The notes beneath the pieces are model-generated. The model searched no databases and was not told the origin of the DNA. It saw nothing but the letters and a program-made list of their open reading frames with translations. Shown piece after piece: positions 1-9,320 of a stretch of DNA of 64,000 nucleotides. The stretch is from assembly GCA_041666945.1 (NCBI GenBank), contig JBAYFY010000001.1:182627-246626 (forward strand). The letters are read 5' to 3'. The first letter of the stretch is position 1; each line of letters starts with the position of its first letter. This DNA comes from Candidatus Buchananbacteria bacterium (GTDB lineage Bacteria; Patescibacteriota; Patescibacteriia; 2-01-FULL-39-33). The position numbers and the translations under genes are program-made.

Positions 1-210
1 ATCAAGGAAGACACGGTCATCAGGAGCTTGCGCGATTCAATTAAAATCAGCGATCTTAAATTGAACGATTTAGTGGTTATTATCGGCGACCCGGCGACCA
101 CCAGCGGCCAAATTATCGCTAAGCTTATCAGGGTTATGCCAACTCCGCCTGTCAGAGCGTCCGTTGTTGATTCCCCGGTTAATTCCATTACTGCTCCGGC
201 AATTAAATAA
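1..210 (+). CDS. C-terminal fragment of an unidentified protein (reading frame open from window edge)
   Basis: Frame 1 is open from nt 1 to the stop at 208-210. No recognisable motifs. Confidence 0.3.
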   Translation: MKEDTVIRSLRDSIKISDLKLNDLVVIIGDPATTSGQIIAKLIRVMPTPPVRASVVDSPVNSITAPAIK

Positions 211-248
211 TTTATTATTCATTCTTTCTGTTTTAATAATTGTAAATT

Positions 249-2018
249 ATGCTTAACAAGATCAGGGTTTTATTTAAAAAATTAGTTTTAGGCCATAAGA
301 TTATTTCCGGCATTGTTTTAGTCGCGATAATTGTCGGCGGTTATTTTGGCTGGCAGGCGTTATTCGGCGACAAACAGCAAGTGAGTTATGTTACCGCCAA
401 AGCCGCTAAAGATATTATCATTTCAACCGTCTCCGGCAGCGGTACCGTATCCGCCTCCAATGAAGTGGAGCTTAAAACCAAGGCCGCAAGCGATGTGACG
501 GCAATAAAAGTGAAGAAGGGCGATGCGGTCAAAGCCGGCGACGTTCTGATTCAGCTTAATGCCAAAGATGCGGCCAAATCGGTTCGCGACGCCCAGGCCA
601 ATTTGGACTCCGCCAAATTGTCATTGGAAAAATTGCAGCAACCGGCCGAGGAGTTGTCTTTGATTCAAGCGCGGAATTCCTTGATTCAAGCCCAACAAAC
701 TAAAGAAAACTCCCAATACGCTTTGACTAAGGCCTACGAAGACGCTTTTAACGACATATCCAACGCTTTTTTGGATTTGCCGACCATAATGACCGATTTG
801 GATAACATTTTATACAGCAAAGAGATAGGTACGGCGGAAAAATCAGTCGGCAGCAATCAAGATAATCTTTCCGCCTTGCTTTATACTTTGGAATCCGATG
901 ATCAGAATGAATTTCAAGGGTACGAATCGTCGGCGGAAAGCGATTATAAAACCGCTTATGCCAAATATCAGGACAATTTCAACAGTTTTAAGAATACTAA
1001 TCGTTATGCCGATAATCAAGCCATAGAAACATTGCTGGCTGAAACCATAGAAAACGTTAAAGCCGTAGCGCAAGCGGCCAAAAGCGAAAACAACATGATT
1101 GATGTTTGGGTGGAAAACAGATCGGAAAGCAATTGGTCCATCTTTGGCACGGTTAGCGGCTATCAAACAGATTTAAGCGCCGACATCGGTAAAATTAACA
1201 ATCACGTAACTGTCTTGTTGGCCATTCAGCAAACTCTAAAGACGGATAAAGACGCAATTGCCAATGCCGAGAGGACTATTATTGAAAAAACCGCCACCCT
1301 GGCTAACTTAGAGGCCGGAACCGACGCTTTGGACCTTAAGGCGCAACAAATGACCGTTCAACAACGGCAGAATTCTTTGGCTGACGCATTGGAACAATAC
1401 GCCAATTATTCTGTAACCGCTCCTTTTGACGGCGTGGTGGCTAATGTCGCCGTAACCAAGGGCGACACCGTTTCTTCCGGCGCGAGCGCCGTAACCCTGA
1501 TTACCGACCAAAAGATCGCCAATATTTCCCTTAATGAAGTAGATGTGTCTAAAGTCAAGACGGGTCAAAAAGTTACGATAACTTTTGACGCCGTCAGCGA
1601 TTTGACCGTTACCGGATCGGTGGCCGATGTGGATATGATCGGCACAGTCACTCAAGGCGTGGCCAGTTATGACGTAAAAATAGTTTTTGATTCGCAAAAT
1701 GATTTGATTAAATCGGGCATGACCGCCAACGTCAGCATCGTCATTGATTCTAAAGCCGATGCTTTGCAGGTCCCCAGTTCCGCCATTAAGACGCAAAACA
1801 GCATTAATTATGTCCAAGTATTAGTCAATGGCCAGCCCCAGCAGAAAGAAGTCGTTGTCGGCTTAGCCAGCGATACTATGACGGAAATTTTAAGCGGCAT
1901 AAACGAGGGCGATGAAGTGGTAACGCAAACCGTTACCGCGGGAAAATCCAGCGCTAAAACGACCAGCGGCTCCAACTCCGATACTCGTCCCCAGAGCGGG
2001 ATGATGATGGGGTTCTAA
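249..2018 (+). CDS. HlyD-family periplasmic adaptor / membrane-fusion protein of a MacAB-like efflux system
   Basis: N-terminal TM anchor, long coiled-coil-rich middle region, and C-terminal beta-barrel-like region (VTKGDTVSSG, VKTGQKVTITFDA). Sits immediately upstream of the ABC ATPase and FtsX permease genes. Confidence 0.75.
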   Translation: MLNKIRVLFKKLVLGHKIISGIVLVAIIVGGYFGWQALFGDKQQVSYVTAKAAKDIIISTVSGSGTVSASNEVELKTKAASDVTAIKVKKGDAVKAGDVLIQLNAKDAAKSVRDAQANLDSAKLSLEKLQQPAEELSLIQARNSLIQAQQTKENSQYALTKAYEDAFNDISNAFLDLPTIMTDLDNILYSKEIGTAEKSVGSNQDNLSALLYTLESDDQNEFQGYESSAESDYKTAYAKYQDNFNSFKNTNRYADNQAIETLLAETIENVKAVAQAAKSENNMIDVWVENRSESNWSIFGTVSGYQTDLSADIGKINNHVTVLLAIQQTLKTDKDAIANAERTIIEKTATLANLEAGTDALDLKAQQMTVQQRQNSLADALEQYANYSVTAPFDGVVANVAVTKGDTVSSGASAVTLITDQKIANISLNEVDVSKVKTGQKVTITFDAVSDLTVTGSVADVDMIGTVTQGVASYDVKIVFDSQNDLIKSGMTANVSIVIDSKADALQVPSSAIKTQNSINYVQVLVNGQPQQKEVVVGLASDTMTEILSGINEGDEVVTQTVTAGKSSAKTTSGSNSDTRPQSGMMMGF

Positions 2019-2027
2019 CCAATATTT

Positions 2028-2714
2028 ATGCTTAGATGCGAAAATATAAATAAGATTTATCAGATGGGCGAAGATAACGAGTTGGCAGTCCTGTCTGATA
2101 TAAATTTTAAGATAAACAAAGGGGAATTTGTGGCCATTATCGGTCCCTCCGGTTCAGGCAAGACCACCCTGATGAATATTTTAGGCGCCCTGGATCGTCC
2201 CAGCACCGGCAAGTATTTTCTTGACGATCAGGACGTATTCAGTTTGTCGGATGAAGAGATAGCTTTAATCCGTTGCAAGAAAATCGGCTTTGTTTTTCAA
2301 TCATTCAATCTGTTGTCGCGCTCTACCGTATTGCGCAATGTCATGGTGCCTTTAATTTATGCCAAAGTGCCGAAAGAACAGCGTTTGGCTTTGGCCGATC
2401 AAGCCCTTAAAGCCGTCGGCCTGGAAGAAAATCGCTGGCATCACTTGTCCAACCAGTTATCCGGCGGACAAATGCAACGCGTGGCCATCGCCCGGGCGTT
2501 GATTAACAATCCCGACATTATTTTAGCCGACGAACCGACAGGCAATCTTGACTCTAAGACGGGGGAGATTACTTTGGAGACCTTTAAGCGTTTGAACCGC
2601 GAATACGGCCATACGATAATCCTTATTACCCATGATCATAATGTCGCCAGCCATGCCGATCGGATAATTGAGATCAAGGACGGCCGGATTACCAGCGATA
2701 AAAAAATCAGATAA
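2028..2714 (+). CDS. ABC transporter ATP-binding protein (MacB/LolD-type)
   Basis: Walker [13 protein letters not shown] signature [15 protein letters not shown], Walker [13 protein letters not shown]-loop ITHD. Confidence 0.9.
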   Translation: MLRCENINKIYQMGEDNELAVLSDINFKINKGEFVAIIGPSGSGKTTLMNILGALDRPSTGKYFLDDQDVFSLSDEEIALIRCKKIGFVFQSFNLLSRSTVLRNVMVPLIYAKVPKEQRLALADQALKAVGLEENRWHHLSNQLSGGQMQRVAIARALINNPDIILADEPTGNLDSKTGEITLETFKRLNREYGHTIILITHDHNVASHADRIIEIKDGRITSDKKIR

Positions 2715-2717
2715 TTT

Positions 2718-3941
2718 ATGCTGTTTTACGATTTATCACAAGAAACATATTTTTCCTTGTTATCAAACAAATCTCGATCTGTTTTGACGATTTTAGGTAT
2801 TGTCATCGGTATCGCCTCGGTGATCGCCATGGTTTCCGTCGGCCAGGGAGCAACTTCAAACATTACCAGCAATATAGAATCTTTGGGCACTAATTTGTTG
2901 GTCGTTTCGCCATCTTCGCAGCGCCGCGCCGGTGAATTGGTCAAGGGCGGCATGGGTGAAGCAACCACTTTGACCTTGGAAGACGCGGAAGCGATTTATG
3001 ATTCCATTGGCGGCATTGACACTGTGGCGCCGACGGTAACTTCCCGCAAACAGGTTACGGCTAAAGGCACCAACACCAATACCAGTATTTATGGCGTCAA
3101 TGAGAATTATTTTATTGTCAAAAGCGTAACTACCGATGTCGGGTCTTTATTCGGCAATCAGCAAGTGGAAGCAAATGCCCGCGTAGCCGTAATCGGTCCC
3201 GATACCAGAGATGACTTATTCGGCGAGGAAGCCAATCCTATAGGACAGAAGATACGCATCAGCGGCCAGGAATTCACGGTTATCGGAGTTACCGCGAGCA
3301 AAGGCGGCAGCGCTTTGGGCAGTTCCGATGATTTGATTTATATTCCCCTTGGCGTGGCCCAGCAATATTTAAGCGGCAGCAAGTCCGTCAGCAATATAAA
3401 CATTCAGGTGTCCTCGGCTGATTTGATGGATGCGGTAGAACAGCAAATCTCCGATTTGCTTTTGTCGCGGCATGGCATTAGCAATGTTGATAATGCTGAT
3501 TTCCGCATTATGAACCAAGCCGACATGTTAAGCACGATGTCTTCAGTTTCGTCCACCCTTACCTGGCTTTTGGGAGCGATCGCCGGCATCTCGCTGGTGG
3601 TCGGCGGCATCGGCATTATGAATATGATGCTGACAACCGTAACTGAACGCACCAGGGAAATCGGCCTAAGGAAATCGTTGGGCGCCAAAAATTCCGATAT
3701 CAGCAGCCAGTTTCTGGCCGAGTCCGTGGCCCTGACCTTTATTGGCGGGTTCTTCGGCATTATTATCGGCTGGCTGGCGTCTTACGTTATCGGTGCTTTG
3801 GCCAGTATGACAACAAGCGTTACCTGGACTTCGGTTTTGTTGGCCTTCGGCATTTCCGCCCTCATTGGTATCGTGTTCGGCTATTATCCGGCGCGCCGCG
3901 CCGCCAAACTTAATCCGATTGACGCTTTGCGGTATCAGTAG
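2718..3941 (+). CDS. ABC transporter permease, FtsX/MacB-type with large extracytoplasmic domain
   Basis: TM1, then a roughly 230-aa periplasmic domain, then three C-terminal TMs with the typical FtsX tail (GIVFGYYPARRAAKLNPIDALR). Confidence 0.85.
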   Translation: MLFYDLSQETYFSLLSNKSRSVLTILGIVIGIASVIAMVSVGQGATSNITSNIESLGTNLLVVSPSSQRRAGELVKGGMGEATTLTLEDAEAIYDSIGGIDTVAPTVTSRKQVTAKGTNTNTSIYGVNENYFIVKSVTTDVGSLFGNQQVEANARVAVIGPDTRDDLFGEEANPIGQKIRISGQEFTVIGVTASKGGSALGSSDDLIYIPLGVAQQYLSGSKSVSNINIQVSSADLMDAVEQQISDLLLSRHGISNVDNADFRIMNQADMLSTMSSVSSTLTWLLGAIAGISLVVGGIGIMNMMLTTVTERTREIGLRKSLGAKNSDISSQFLAESVALTFIGGFFGIIIGWLASYVIGALASMTTSVTWTSVLLAFGISALIGIVFGYYPARRAAKLNPIDALRYQ

Positions 3942-3981
3942 GAATTAAGATTAATTATCAATTATTAATAATCAATAATTT

Positions 3982-4455
3982 ATGAAACAAAAATTACCCC
4001 TTCCTTTGATGATTCTGGCCGCCGTGGTCGTAATCGTGCTTGTCGGCGCCGCATCCTTTTATGCCGGCACCAAGTATTCTTCAGCCAAGAGATTCAGCTC
4101 GTTTGGCAATGGCAATTTTGGGCCGGGCCAACAGCAAGGCGATGCCGCTGCGGCCGGCCGGAAAATCAATGCCGGCGGGGGAATGATTAACGGCGATATC
4201 CTGTCTTTGGACGAAAAGAATATTACGGTTAAGGGTCGCGACGGCAGTTCCAAAATGGTTTTTTTCGCCACTTCAACGGAAGTGGGCAAGTTCGCCGTCG
4301 GAACCGTTAGTGATTTGGCTGTCGGACAGAATGTCATGGTAACAGGTAAAACCAATAGCGATGGCAGTATTGTCGCCCAGTCGATTCAGATTCGTCCGGC
4401 TGCGGCTAATCCCGATCTTGGCGCGCCCGCTGTTTCTGGCAATCCAGTTAAATAA
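3982..4455 (+). CDS. small secreted/anchored Gly-rich protein of unknown function
   Basis: N-terminal hydrophobic signal/anchor and a Gly/Ala-rich linker. No catalytic motifs. Confidence 0.5.
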   Translation: MKQKLPLPLMILAAVVVIVLVGAASFYAGTKYSSAKRFSSFGNGNFGPGQQQGDAAAAGRKINAGGGMINGDILSLDEKNITVKGRDGSSKMVFFATSTEVGKFAVGTVSDLAVGQNVMVTGKTNSDGSIVAQSIQIRPAAANPDLGAPAVSGNPVK

Positions 4456-4476
4456 TAATCAAATAATTTTGACCGC

Positions 4477-4511
4477 TAAAAGAACACTCCGTAGGAGGAG
4501 TGTTCTTTTTT
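4477..4511. terminator. bidirectional intrinsic terminator hairpin
   Basis: AAAAGAACACTCC-gtagga-GGAGTGTTCT followed by TTTTT. It has an A-tract on one side and a T-tract on the other, so it serves the + CDS and the minus-strand tRNA. Confidence 0.7.
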
Positions 4512-4512
4512 G

Positions 4513-4584
4513 TACCGCCACGGAGAATCGAACTCCGGTTCTCGCCTTGAGAAGGCGGTGTCCTAACCACTAGACGATGGCGGC
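4513..4584 (-). tRNA. tRNA-Glu (anticodon CUC)
   Basis: The reverse complement GCCGCCATCGTCTAGTGGTTAGGACACCGCCTTCTCAAGGCGAGAACCGGAGTTCGATTCTCCGTGGCGGTA folds as a cloverleaf. Anticodon loop is TTCTCAA and the T-loop is TTCGATT. It aligns closely to E. coli tRNA-Glu. Confidence 0.8.
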
Positions 4585-4830
4585 AAAAGCGTTACTTTTA
4601 TTGGCTAGTGAGCGAGCGAACCAGCGCTTTAAAGCGCTGGATTCCGAGCGAGCGACGCCAATATAGTCAAATACTGCTCGGCTTGCCGAGCTGTTAGTAC
4701 GCAAGTTCCACTATTACCCCGGGGCTTGTCCCGGGGGTTATATTATTAAAGACGAAATTATTATAGCATAAATTTTTGGAATAATCAAGTCGCCAGGCGT
4801 TTTTTTAATTTGCCGTCTTTGTCTGGTTGC

Positions 4831-4859
4831 TTGTTTCTGCCTTGTTTTTAGTGTAAAAT
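4831..4859 (+). promoter_or_regulatory. candidate sigma70-like promoter for the 4894 gene
   Basis: TTGTTT, then a 17-nt spacer, then TAAAAT with TG immediately upstream; about 35 nt before the ATG. Confidence 0.3.
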
Positions 4860-4893
4860 TAACTCTGTCAATCCGATTAATTTAATTAATTTT

Positions 4894-7134
4894 ATGAATC
4901 AAAAGCCGCTTTTGGCGTTGGCATTAAAAGCTGTAATCTGGGCTTGCTTGGGCGTTATTTTTTTCTCCGCCCTGTATGTCAGTTCGTATCTCTTTTTTCC
5001 TTTCATCACCACTAAAAATTTCGCTTTTCAAATCAGCGTAGAAATAATGTTTTTCGCTTTCCTGTTGCTGTGCCTGGTTGACGGTAGATACCGCATCCGG
5101 CTTAATCCCGCCGTGCTTTTGATTCTTCTTTACTTAGTGATTTTAACCGTGGCCTCGGCTTTTTCCGGCAATGATTTTTACCATTCTTTTTGGTCCAACA
5201 ATGAGCGTTGCGACGGCATCCTGCTTTTGTTGCACCTGTCTTTGTTCTGCGTGGTGCTGTCGGGTTTTTTCCGTTCCATTAAAGAATGGCTTTATGTGTT
5301 TGATTTGTTCCTTGTCGCTTCCTTCGCCGTCGCTCTGGTGGCGTTAGACCAATATTTGGCTTTGACTTTCGTCGGTTCCTGGTCGGATCATTTTATGCCG
5401 TCGTCAAACGGCGCGCGTTTGGCCGGCACAATAGGCAACTCCGGCTATGTCGGCGGTTATATGGTGTTTGGAATTTTTACCGCCCTGTTCATGTCTTTAA
5501 AGCGCTCGCAGTGGTGGGCCAAGGCCTGGTATGTCTTAGTGATGCTTTTAGAATTATTTATCGCCGTGCAAACTTTTACTCGCGGCGCTTATCTGGCTTT
5601 ATTGGTCGGAGCGGGCATTTCCGTGCCCTATTTGATGATATTTTATTATCGCAATCGCTACCTGAAAATCGCCGCCGTTTCGCTGATTGTTTTGTTCGTT
5701 TTGTCGTTCGCTTCCATTTTTGTTTTTAAAGATTCTGATTTTGTCAGGCAACAGCCGATTTTAAGCCGCATCTCCTCCATTTCCCTAAAAGACGGCACCG
5801 CCAACAACCGTCTCATCACTTGGGGGCTTGCCTTGCAGGCCGTAGAAGAAAAGCCGTTGTTGGGTTGGGGCCAGGAGAATTTTTATCAGATTTTTGACAA
5901 ATACTACACCACTAAAAACACCGAGCAATGGTTTGACCGTTCGCATAACATGATTTTTGATCGAGCCACTACCGGCGGCATTATCGGCCTGTTGAGTTAT
6001 CTGGCGTTATTGCTCCTGCCTTTTTATTTTATGTGGCGCTATTACTGGGGCGAATATAAAGAGAGGACGGACGACAAAGAGCATTTGGCCAGGCGTTTTC
6101 TTACGCCCGTAATTTTTTCCATTCTAATTCTGGCTTATATCATCCAGAACATGTTTATTTTTGAGGCCCTGGCGATTTATATCCCGCTGATTATGGTTCT
6201 AAGTTTTGTCGGACAGTACGGCCGGGGTTGGAATTTCGCCTTTTTGGACAATTTTAATTTCAAAGCGGGTTTGGCCGTGGTAATGGTTGTTTTATTGGCG
6301 CCCATGCTTTGGATTTTCAATCTTAAGCCGCTTTACGCCAATATAGATTTCATTAAGGCCCTGACTACGCCTTGGCCGACTTTGCAGGACAAAATAAACG
6401 CTTTTGAAGAAGTTATCGGCCGGGGTACTTTTGGCAATCAGGAATATCGCCGGCACTATTTTAATTTTTACGAGCAGACCATAATGGATTATCTCGGCCA
6501 GCAGGAAAATCGTACGGCGGAGAAAGACAAGCAAATGTCCGATTGGTCAAACTTAATGGAAAGCCAATTCCAGGCGCAACTGAAAGAGAACCCTAATAGC
6601 GTTACTAATTGGTTGCTTTTAAACCGTTTTTATAATATTTCCTATTATTTTGACGTGAGACGGCTGCAAAAGGCGACGGATATCGCTGAACAAGCCATCA
6701 GTTTGAGTCCGGGCCGGCCGCAGGGGTATTATGTGGCGGGCATGTCGTATTATTATTTCGGCGCTTATTTTTTAATGAACAAGAATGATGTTGAAGCGGC
6801 AAAATGCTACAAAGAAACCCTGGCATTATTCTGGCGCGGAGCCAATAAGAATGTCAGACCGGGCGAGGGTTTTGACCAGTTCGTTGATTTTATTCTGTCT
6901 TTGCAGAGCAATCCGGCCTCCGCTCCGATTTTCGCCCGACTGTTGGCCGAGGAGCCGATAAATAATTCAACCTCTATAGAGGTGATTAAAGAATTGGCCC
7001 GGTGGTCAAATTTATCCGCCGATCAAGAAATTATGGCGCAAAGGCAGGATAAGCTTAAGAGCATGGCGGCTTGGCTGATAGCTTCCAAGGCGGGCAGTCC
7101 AGAGCTAAGGCAATATTTGGAAACAATCAAGTAA
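4894..7134 (+). CDS. O-antigen ligase/polymerase-like (Wzy_C domain) polytopic membrane protein with C-terminal soluble TPR-like domain
   Basis: About 12 TM helices. Wzy_C-type motif RSHNMIFDRATTGGIIGLLSYLALL. About 250 aa of hydrophilic C-terminus. Confidence 0.65.
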   Translation: MNQKPLLALALKAVIWACLGVIFFSALYVSSYLFFPFITTKNFAFQISVEIMFFAFLLLCLVDGRYRIRLNPAVLLILLYLVILTVASAFSGNDFYHSFWSNNERCDGILLLLHLSLFCVVLSGFFRSIKEWLYVFDLFLVASFAVALVALDQYLALTFVGSWSDHFMPSSNGARLAGTIGNSGYVGGYMVFGIFTALFMSLKRSQWWAKAWYVLVMLLELFIAVQTFTRGAYLALLVGAGISVPYLMIFYYRNRYLKIAAVSLIVLFVLSFASIFVFKDSDFVRQQPILSRISSISLKDGTANNRLITWGLALQAVEEKPLLGWGQENFYQIFDKYYTTKNTEQWFDRSHNMIFDRATTGGIIGLLSYLALLLLPFYFMWRYYWGEYKERTDDKEHLARRFLTPVIFSILILAYIIQNMFIFEALAIYIPLIMVLSFVGQYGRGWNFAFLDNFNFKAGLAVVMVVLLAPMLWIFNLKPLYANIDFIKALTTPWPTLQDKINAFEEVIGRGTFGNQEYRRHYFNFYEQTIMDYLGQQENRTAEKDKQMSDWSNLMESQFQAQLKENPNSVTNWLLLNRFYNISYYFDVRRLQKATDIAEQAISLSPGRPQGYYVAGMSYYYFGAYFLMNKNDVEAAKCYKETLALFWRGANKNVRPGEGFDQFVDFILSLQSNPASAPIFARLLAEEPINNSTSIEVIKELARWSNLSADQEIMAQRQDKLKSMAAWLIASKAGSPELRQYLETIK

Positions 7135-7170
7135 TATAAAAATCCCCGGATAAAATCGGGGATTTTTAGT
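7135..7170. terminator. bidirectional terminator between convergent genes
   Basis: ATAAAAATCCCCGG-ataaaat-CGGGGATTTTTAG. Confidence 0.65.
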
Positions 7171-7188
7171 TAACTGATTTTTTGTTTT

Positions 7189-8340
7189 TTATTTCAAATA
7201 TGTCGCAAAGGTTTTTTCTACCATTTCGCTTAGGCCGAATTCTTTCTTTACCTTAGCCAGTCCCGCTTCGCCGAATTGTTTTCTTATCCGGTCGTCGGCT
7301 AAAAGCTTGATTTTTTCCGCTAACGATTCGGGAGAGCGCGGTTTGGCCAGATAGCCGGTAACGCCGTCGTCAATCATTTCCGGGATGCCGCCGACACGAG
7401 TCGTCACTATCGGCAAGCCGGCGGACATGGCTTCCAATATGAAATAGGGCAGGCCTTCTTTGACCGACGACATGACCGCCAAGTCCAGCGCCTTTAAATA
7501 TCTGGCGGCTTGCGGTTTGCCGCCGGCAAGAATAACGTCATCCTGTAATTCCAATTGTTTGATTTGCCGTTCCAATTCGCCTCTTAATTCTCCCTCGCCG
7601 ATGATTATCAGCTTATAGCTTAGGGCAGACGGCTTGCGGTTCAACAGCTTAATGGCATCAATCAGATAATTTAATCCTTTGGTGGCATAAAAATTAGCAA
7701 TCGTCCCAAGTATAAACTGTTGGCCGTTGATTATTGGCTGGCGGTTGAATAATTCGGCCGAAGCGATTTCTTTATCCCAAAAGTAATCTTCAGGAAAATC
7801 TACGCCATTATGGATAGTAATTAATTTATCGGGTTTGGCGATTTTTTTGTTTATGCCGATTTGCCGATCGTATTCGGAAACGCAGATAATGCGATGTTTG
7901 GTTCCGGCCGTCAGCCGTTCCAGCCAGAGGTACAACGACCGTTTAAGCGGATTCATTGGTTCATTGAAAACCCAGCCGTGAGCCGTGTAAATAAGCTTGC
8001 CCCGGATTGATCTGGGGCAAAACCAGAAGGCGAAAGTACCGACTACGCCCGCTTTGGAGCTGTTTAAATGGATTATGTCCGGTTTAATTTTTCGGTATAA
8101 TTTAGCCAATTCAAAAACAGCCAAAATATCGTTTAGGGGAGAGATGGCTCTTTTTAGGTGCTTTAGAGTCAAAAATTGGCTATTTTTAGCGTTAATTTGT
8201 TGACTAAGCCAATTACCGCTGTTTTCACCGACAGCCACGCTAACGTCCCAATTTTGGCCTGCAGCGGCCCTTGCTAAGGCGCTGATATAAAGTTGGGCGC
8301 CGCCGATTTCGCCCTGGGTTATGACATAAAGGATTTTCAT
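7189..8340 (-). CDS. glycosyltransferase family 4 (GT-B)
   Basis: N-terminal MKILYVITQGEIGGAQLY; EX7E-type motif EGLPYFILEAMSAGLPIVTTRVGGIPEMI. Confidence 0.85.
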   Translation of the reverse strand: MKILYVITQGEIGGAQLYISALARAAAGQNWDVSVAVGENSGNWLSQQINAKNSQFLTLKHLKRAISPLNDILAVFELAKLYRKIKPDIIHLNSSKAGVVGTFAFWFCPRSIRGKLIYTAHGWVFNEPMNPLKRSLYLWLERLTAGTKHRIICVSEYDRQIGINKKIAKPDKLITIHNGVDFPEDYFWDKEIASAELFNRQPIINGQQFILGTIANFYATKGLNYLIDAIKLLNRKPSALSYKLIIIGEGELRGELERQIKQLELQDDVILAGGKPQAARYLKALDLAVMSSVKEGLPYFILEAMSAGLPIVTTRVGGIPEMIDDGVTGYLAKPRSPESLAEKIKLLADDRIRKQFGEAGLAKVKKEFGLSEMVEKTFATYLK

Positions 8341-8359
8341 AATTTAAAACAAATGAAGC

Positions 8360-8389
8360 TTGAAATTTATAATCATTTTCTGCTATAAT
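8360..8389 (+). promoter_or_regulatory. strong sigma70-like promoter heading the long + strand gene array
   Basis: TTGAAA (8360-8365), then an 18-nt spacer, then TATAAT (8384-8389). Confidence 0.5.
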
Positions 8390-8423
8390 ATTAAGGTATT
8401 ATTTGACAATTTACAAGACCGCC

Positions 8424-9266
8424 ATGAATAAATTAATCGGTTTTATCGGCCAGGGCTGGATCGGCAAAAATTATGCCGACGATTTTGAAGTTAGGGGCTA
8501 TCAGGTAATCAGATATTCTTTGGAAGAACCGTATCTCGCCAACAAAGAAAAAATCAGCGAGTGTGATATCGTGTTCATTGCCGTGCCTACCCCGACTACC
8601 CGGACGGGGTTTGATGATTCCATTGTCAGAGGCGCCGTGAAGCTGGTCGGCCAAGGCAAGATCGCGGTAATCAAGTCCACGATTCTGCCCGGCACGACAG
8701 AGTCAATCCAAGCGGAAAATCCAAATATTTATTTGTTCCATTCGCCGGAATTTTTGTCTGTTTCCACCGCTTATGACGATTCGCGCCATCCGCAGAGGAA
8801 TATCGTCGGCCTGCCCATAGACAATGAAACATACAAAACCAAAGCCCGAGAGGTGATGTCGGTGTTGCCCCAGGCGGATTTTTCTCTTATTACTTCGGCC
8901 AAAGAAGCGGAATTATTCAAGTATTTGCGGAACTGCTTTTTTTATACCAAAGTCGTTTACATGAACATGCTTTATGATTTGGCCAAGAAGTTAGGTTGCC
9001 GGTGGGAAGTGCTAAGGGAAATCATGTCCAATGATCCCTGGATTGGCAACATGCATATTGATCCGGTGCATAAAAGCGGCCGGGGCGCCGGCGGAGAATG
9101 CTTTATCAAGGATTTAGCCGCACTTAGGCGTTTCTACAAACAGAATTTGAACGATGAAACGGCGGATTGGGTTTTTTCCGCTTTGGAGAAAAAGAATATT
9201 GAGTTGTTGTTAAAAAGCCAGAAAGATTTGGATTTGCTTAAAGGCGTTTATGGCGAGGATATTTAA
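8424..9266 (+). CDS. UDP-glucose/GDP-mannose dehydrogenase family protein, short form lacking the C-terminal UDP-binding domain
   Basis: N-terminal Rossmann motif IGFIGQGWIGKNYA. Catalytic-Cys motif GAGGECFIKD (UGDH GGxCxxKD). The ORF track starts at a TTG at 8403; the ATG at 8424 (MNKLIGF) is more plausible. Only about 280 aa, versus about 390-450 aa for typical UGDH. Confidence 0.6.
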   Translation: MNKLIGFIGQGWIGKNYADDFEVRGYQVIRYSLEEPYLANKEKISECDIVFIAVPTPTTRTGFDDSIVRGAVKLVGQGKIAVIKSTILPGTTESIQAENPNIYLFHSPEFLSVSTAYDDSRHPQRNIVGLPIDNETYKTKAREVMSVLPQADFSLITSAKEAELFKYLRNCFFYTKVVYMNMLYDLAKKLGCRWEVLREIMSNDPWIGNMHIDPVHKSGRGAGGECFIKDLAALRRFYKQNLNDETADWVFSALEKKNIELLLKSQKDLDLLKGVYGEDI

Positions 9267-9282
9267 GAGATAGTTTGTTATC

Positions 9283-9310
9283 TAACCTGTTACGTAGCAT
9301 GCTACGTAAC
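9283..9310. repeat. perfect 22-bp palindrome GTTACGTAGCATGCTACGTAAC, preceded by CCTGTTACGTA (minimal member of the same GTAACAGG element family)
   Basis: CCTGTTACGTA is the exact reverse complement of the TACGTAACAGG 11-mer found at 62712-62722. Confidence 0.6.
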
Positions 9311-9320
9311 AATTTATCGC

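Noticed and set aside
843-1817. Antisense ORFs (843..1166 and 1308..1817, both minus strand) inside the HlyD-like gene
   Set aside because: They lie entirely within a well-supported + strand CDS and have no motifs. They are typical shadow ORFs. The same applies to 11841..12254, 28709..29173, 31727..32170, 30417..30806, 61878..62405 and the other internal antisense ORFs in the track.
4361-4573. 70-aa + strand ORF
   Set aside because: It overlaps the terminator hairpin and the minus-strand tRNA-Glu, and its product is low-complexity, so it is spurious.
8403-8423. TTG start proposed by the ORF track for the UGDH-like gene
   Set aside because: An in-frame ATG at 8424 directly precedes the Rossmann motif and fits the promoter spacing, so I prefer the shorter form.
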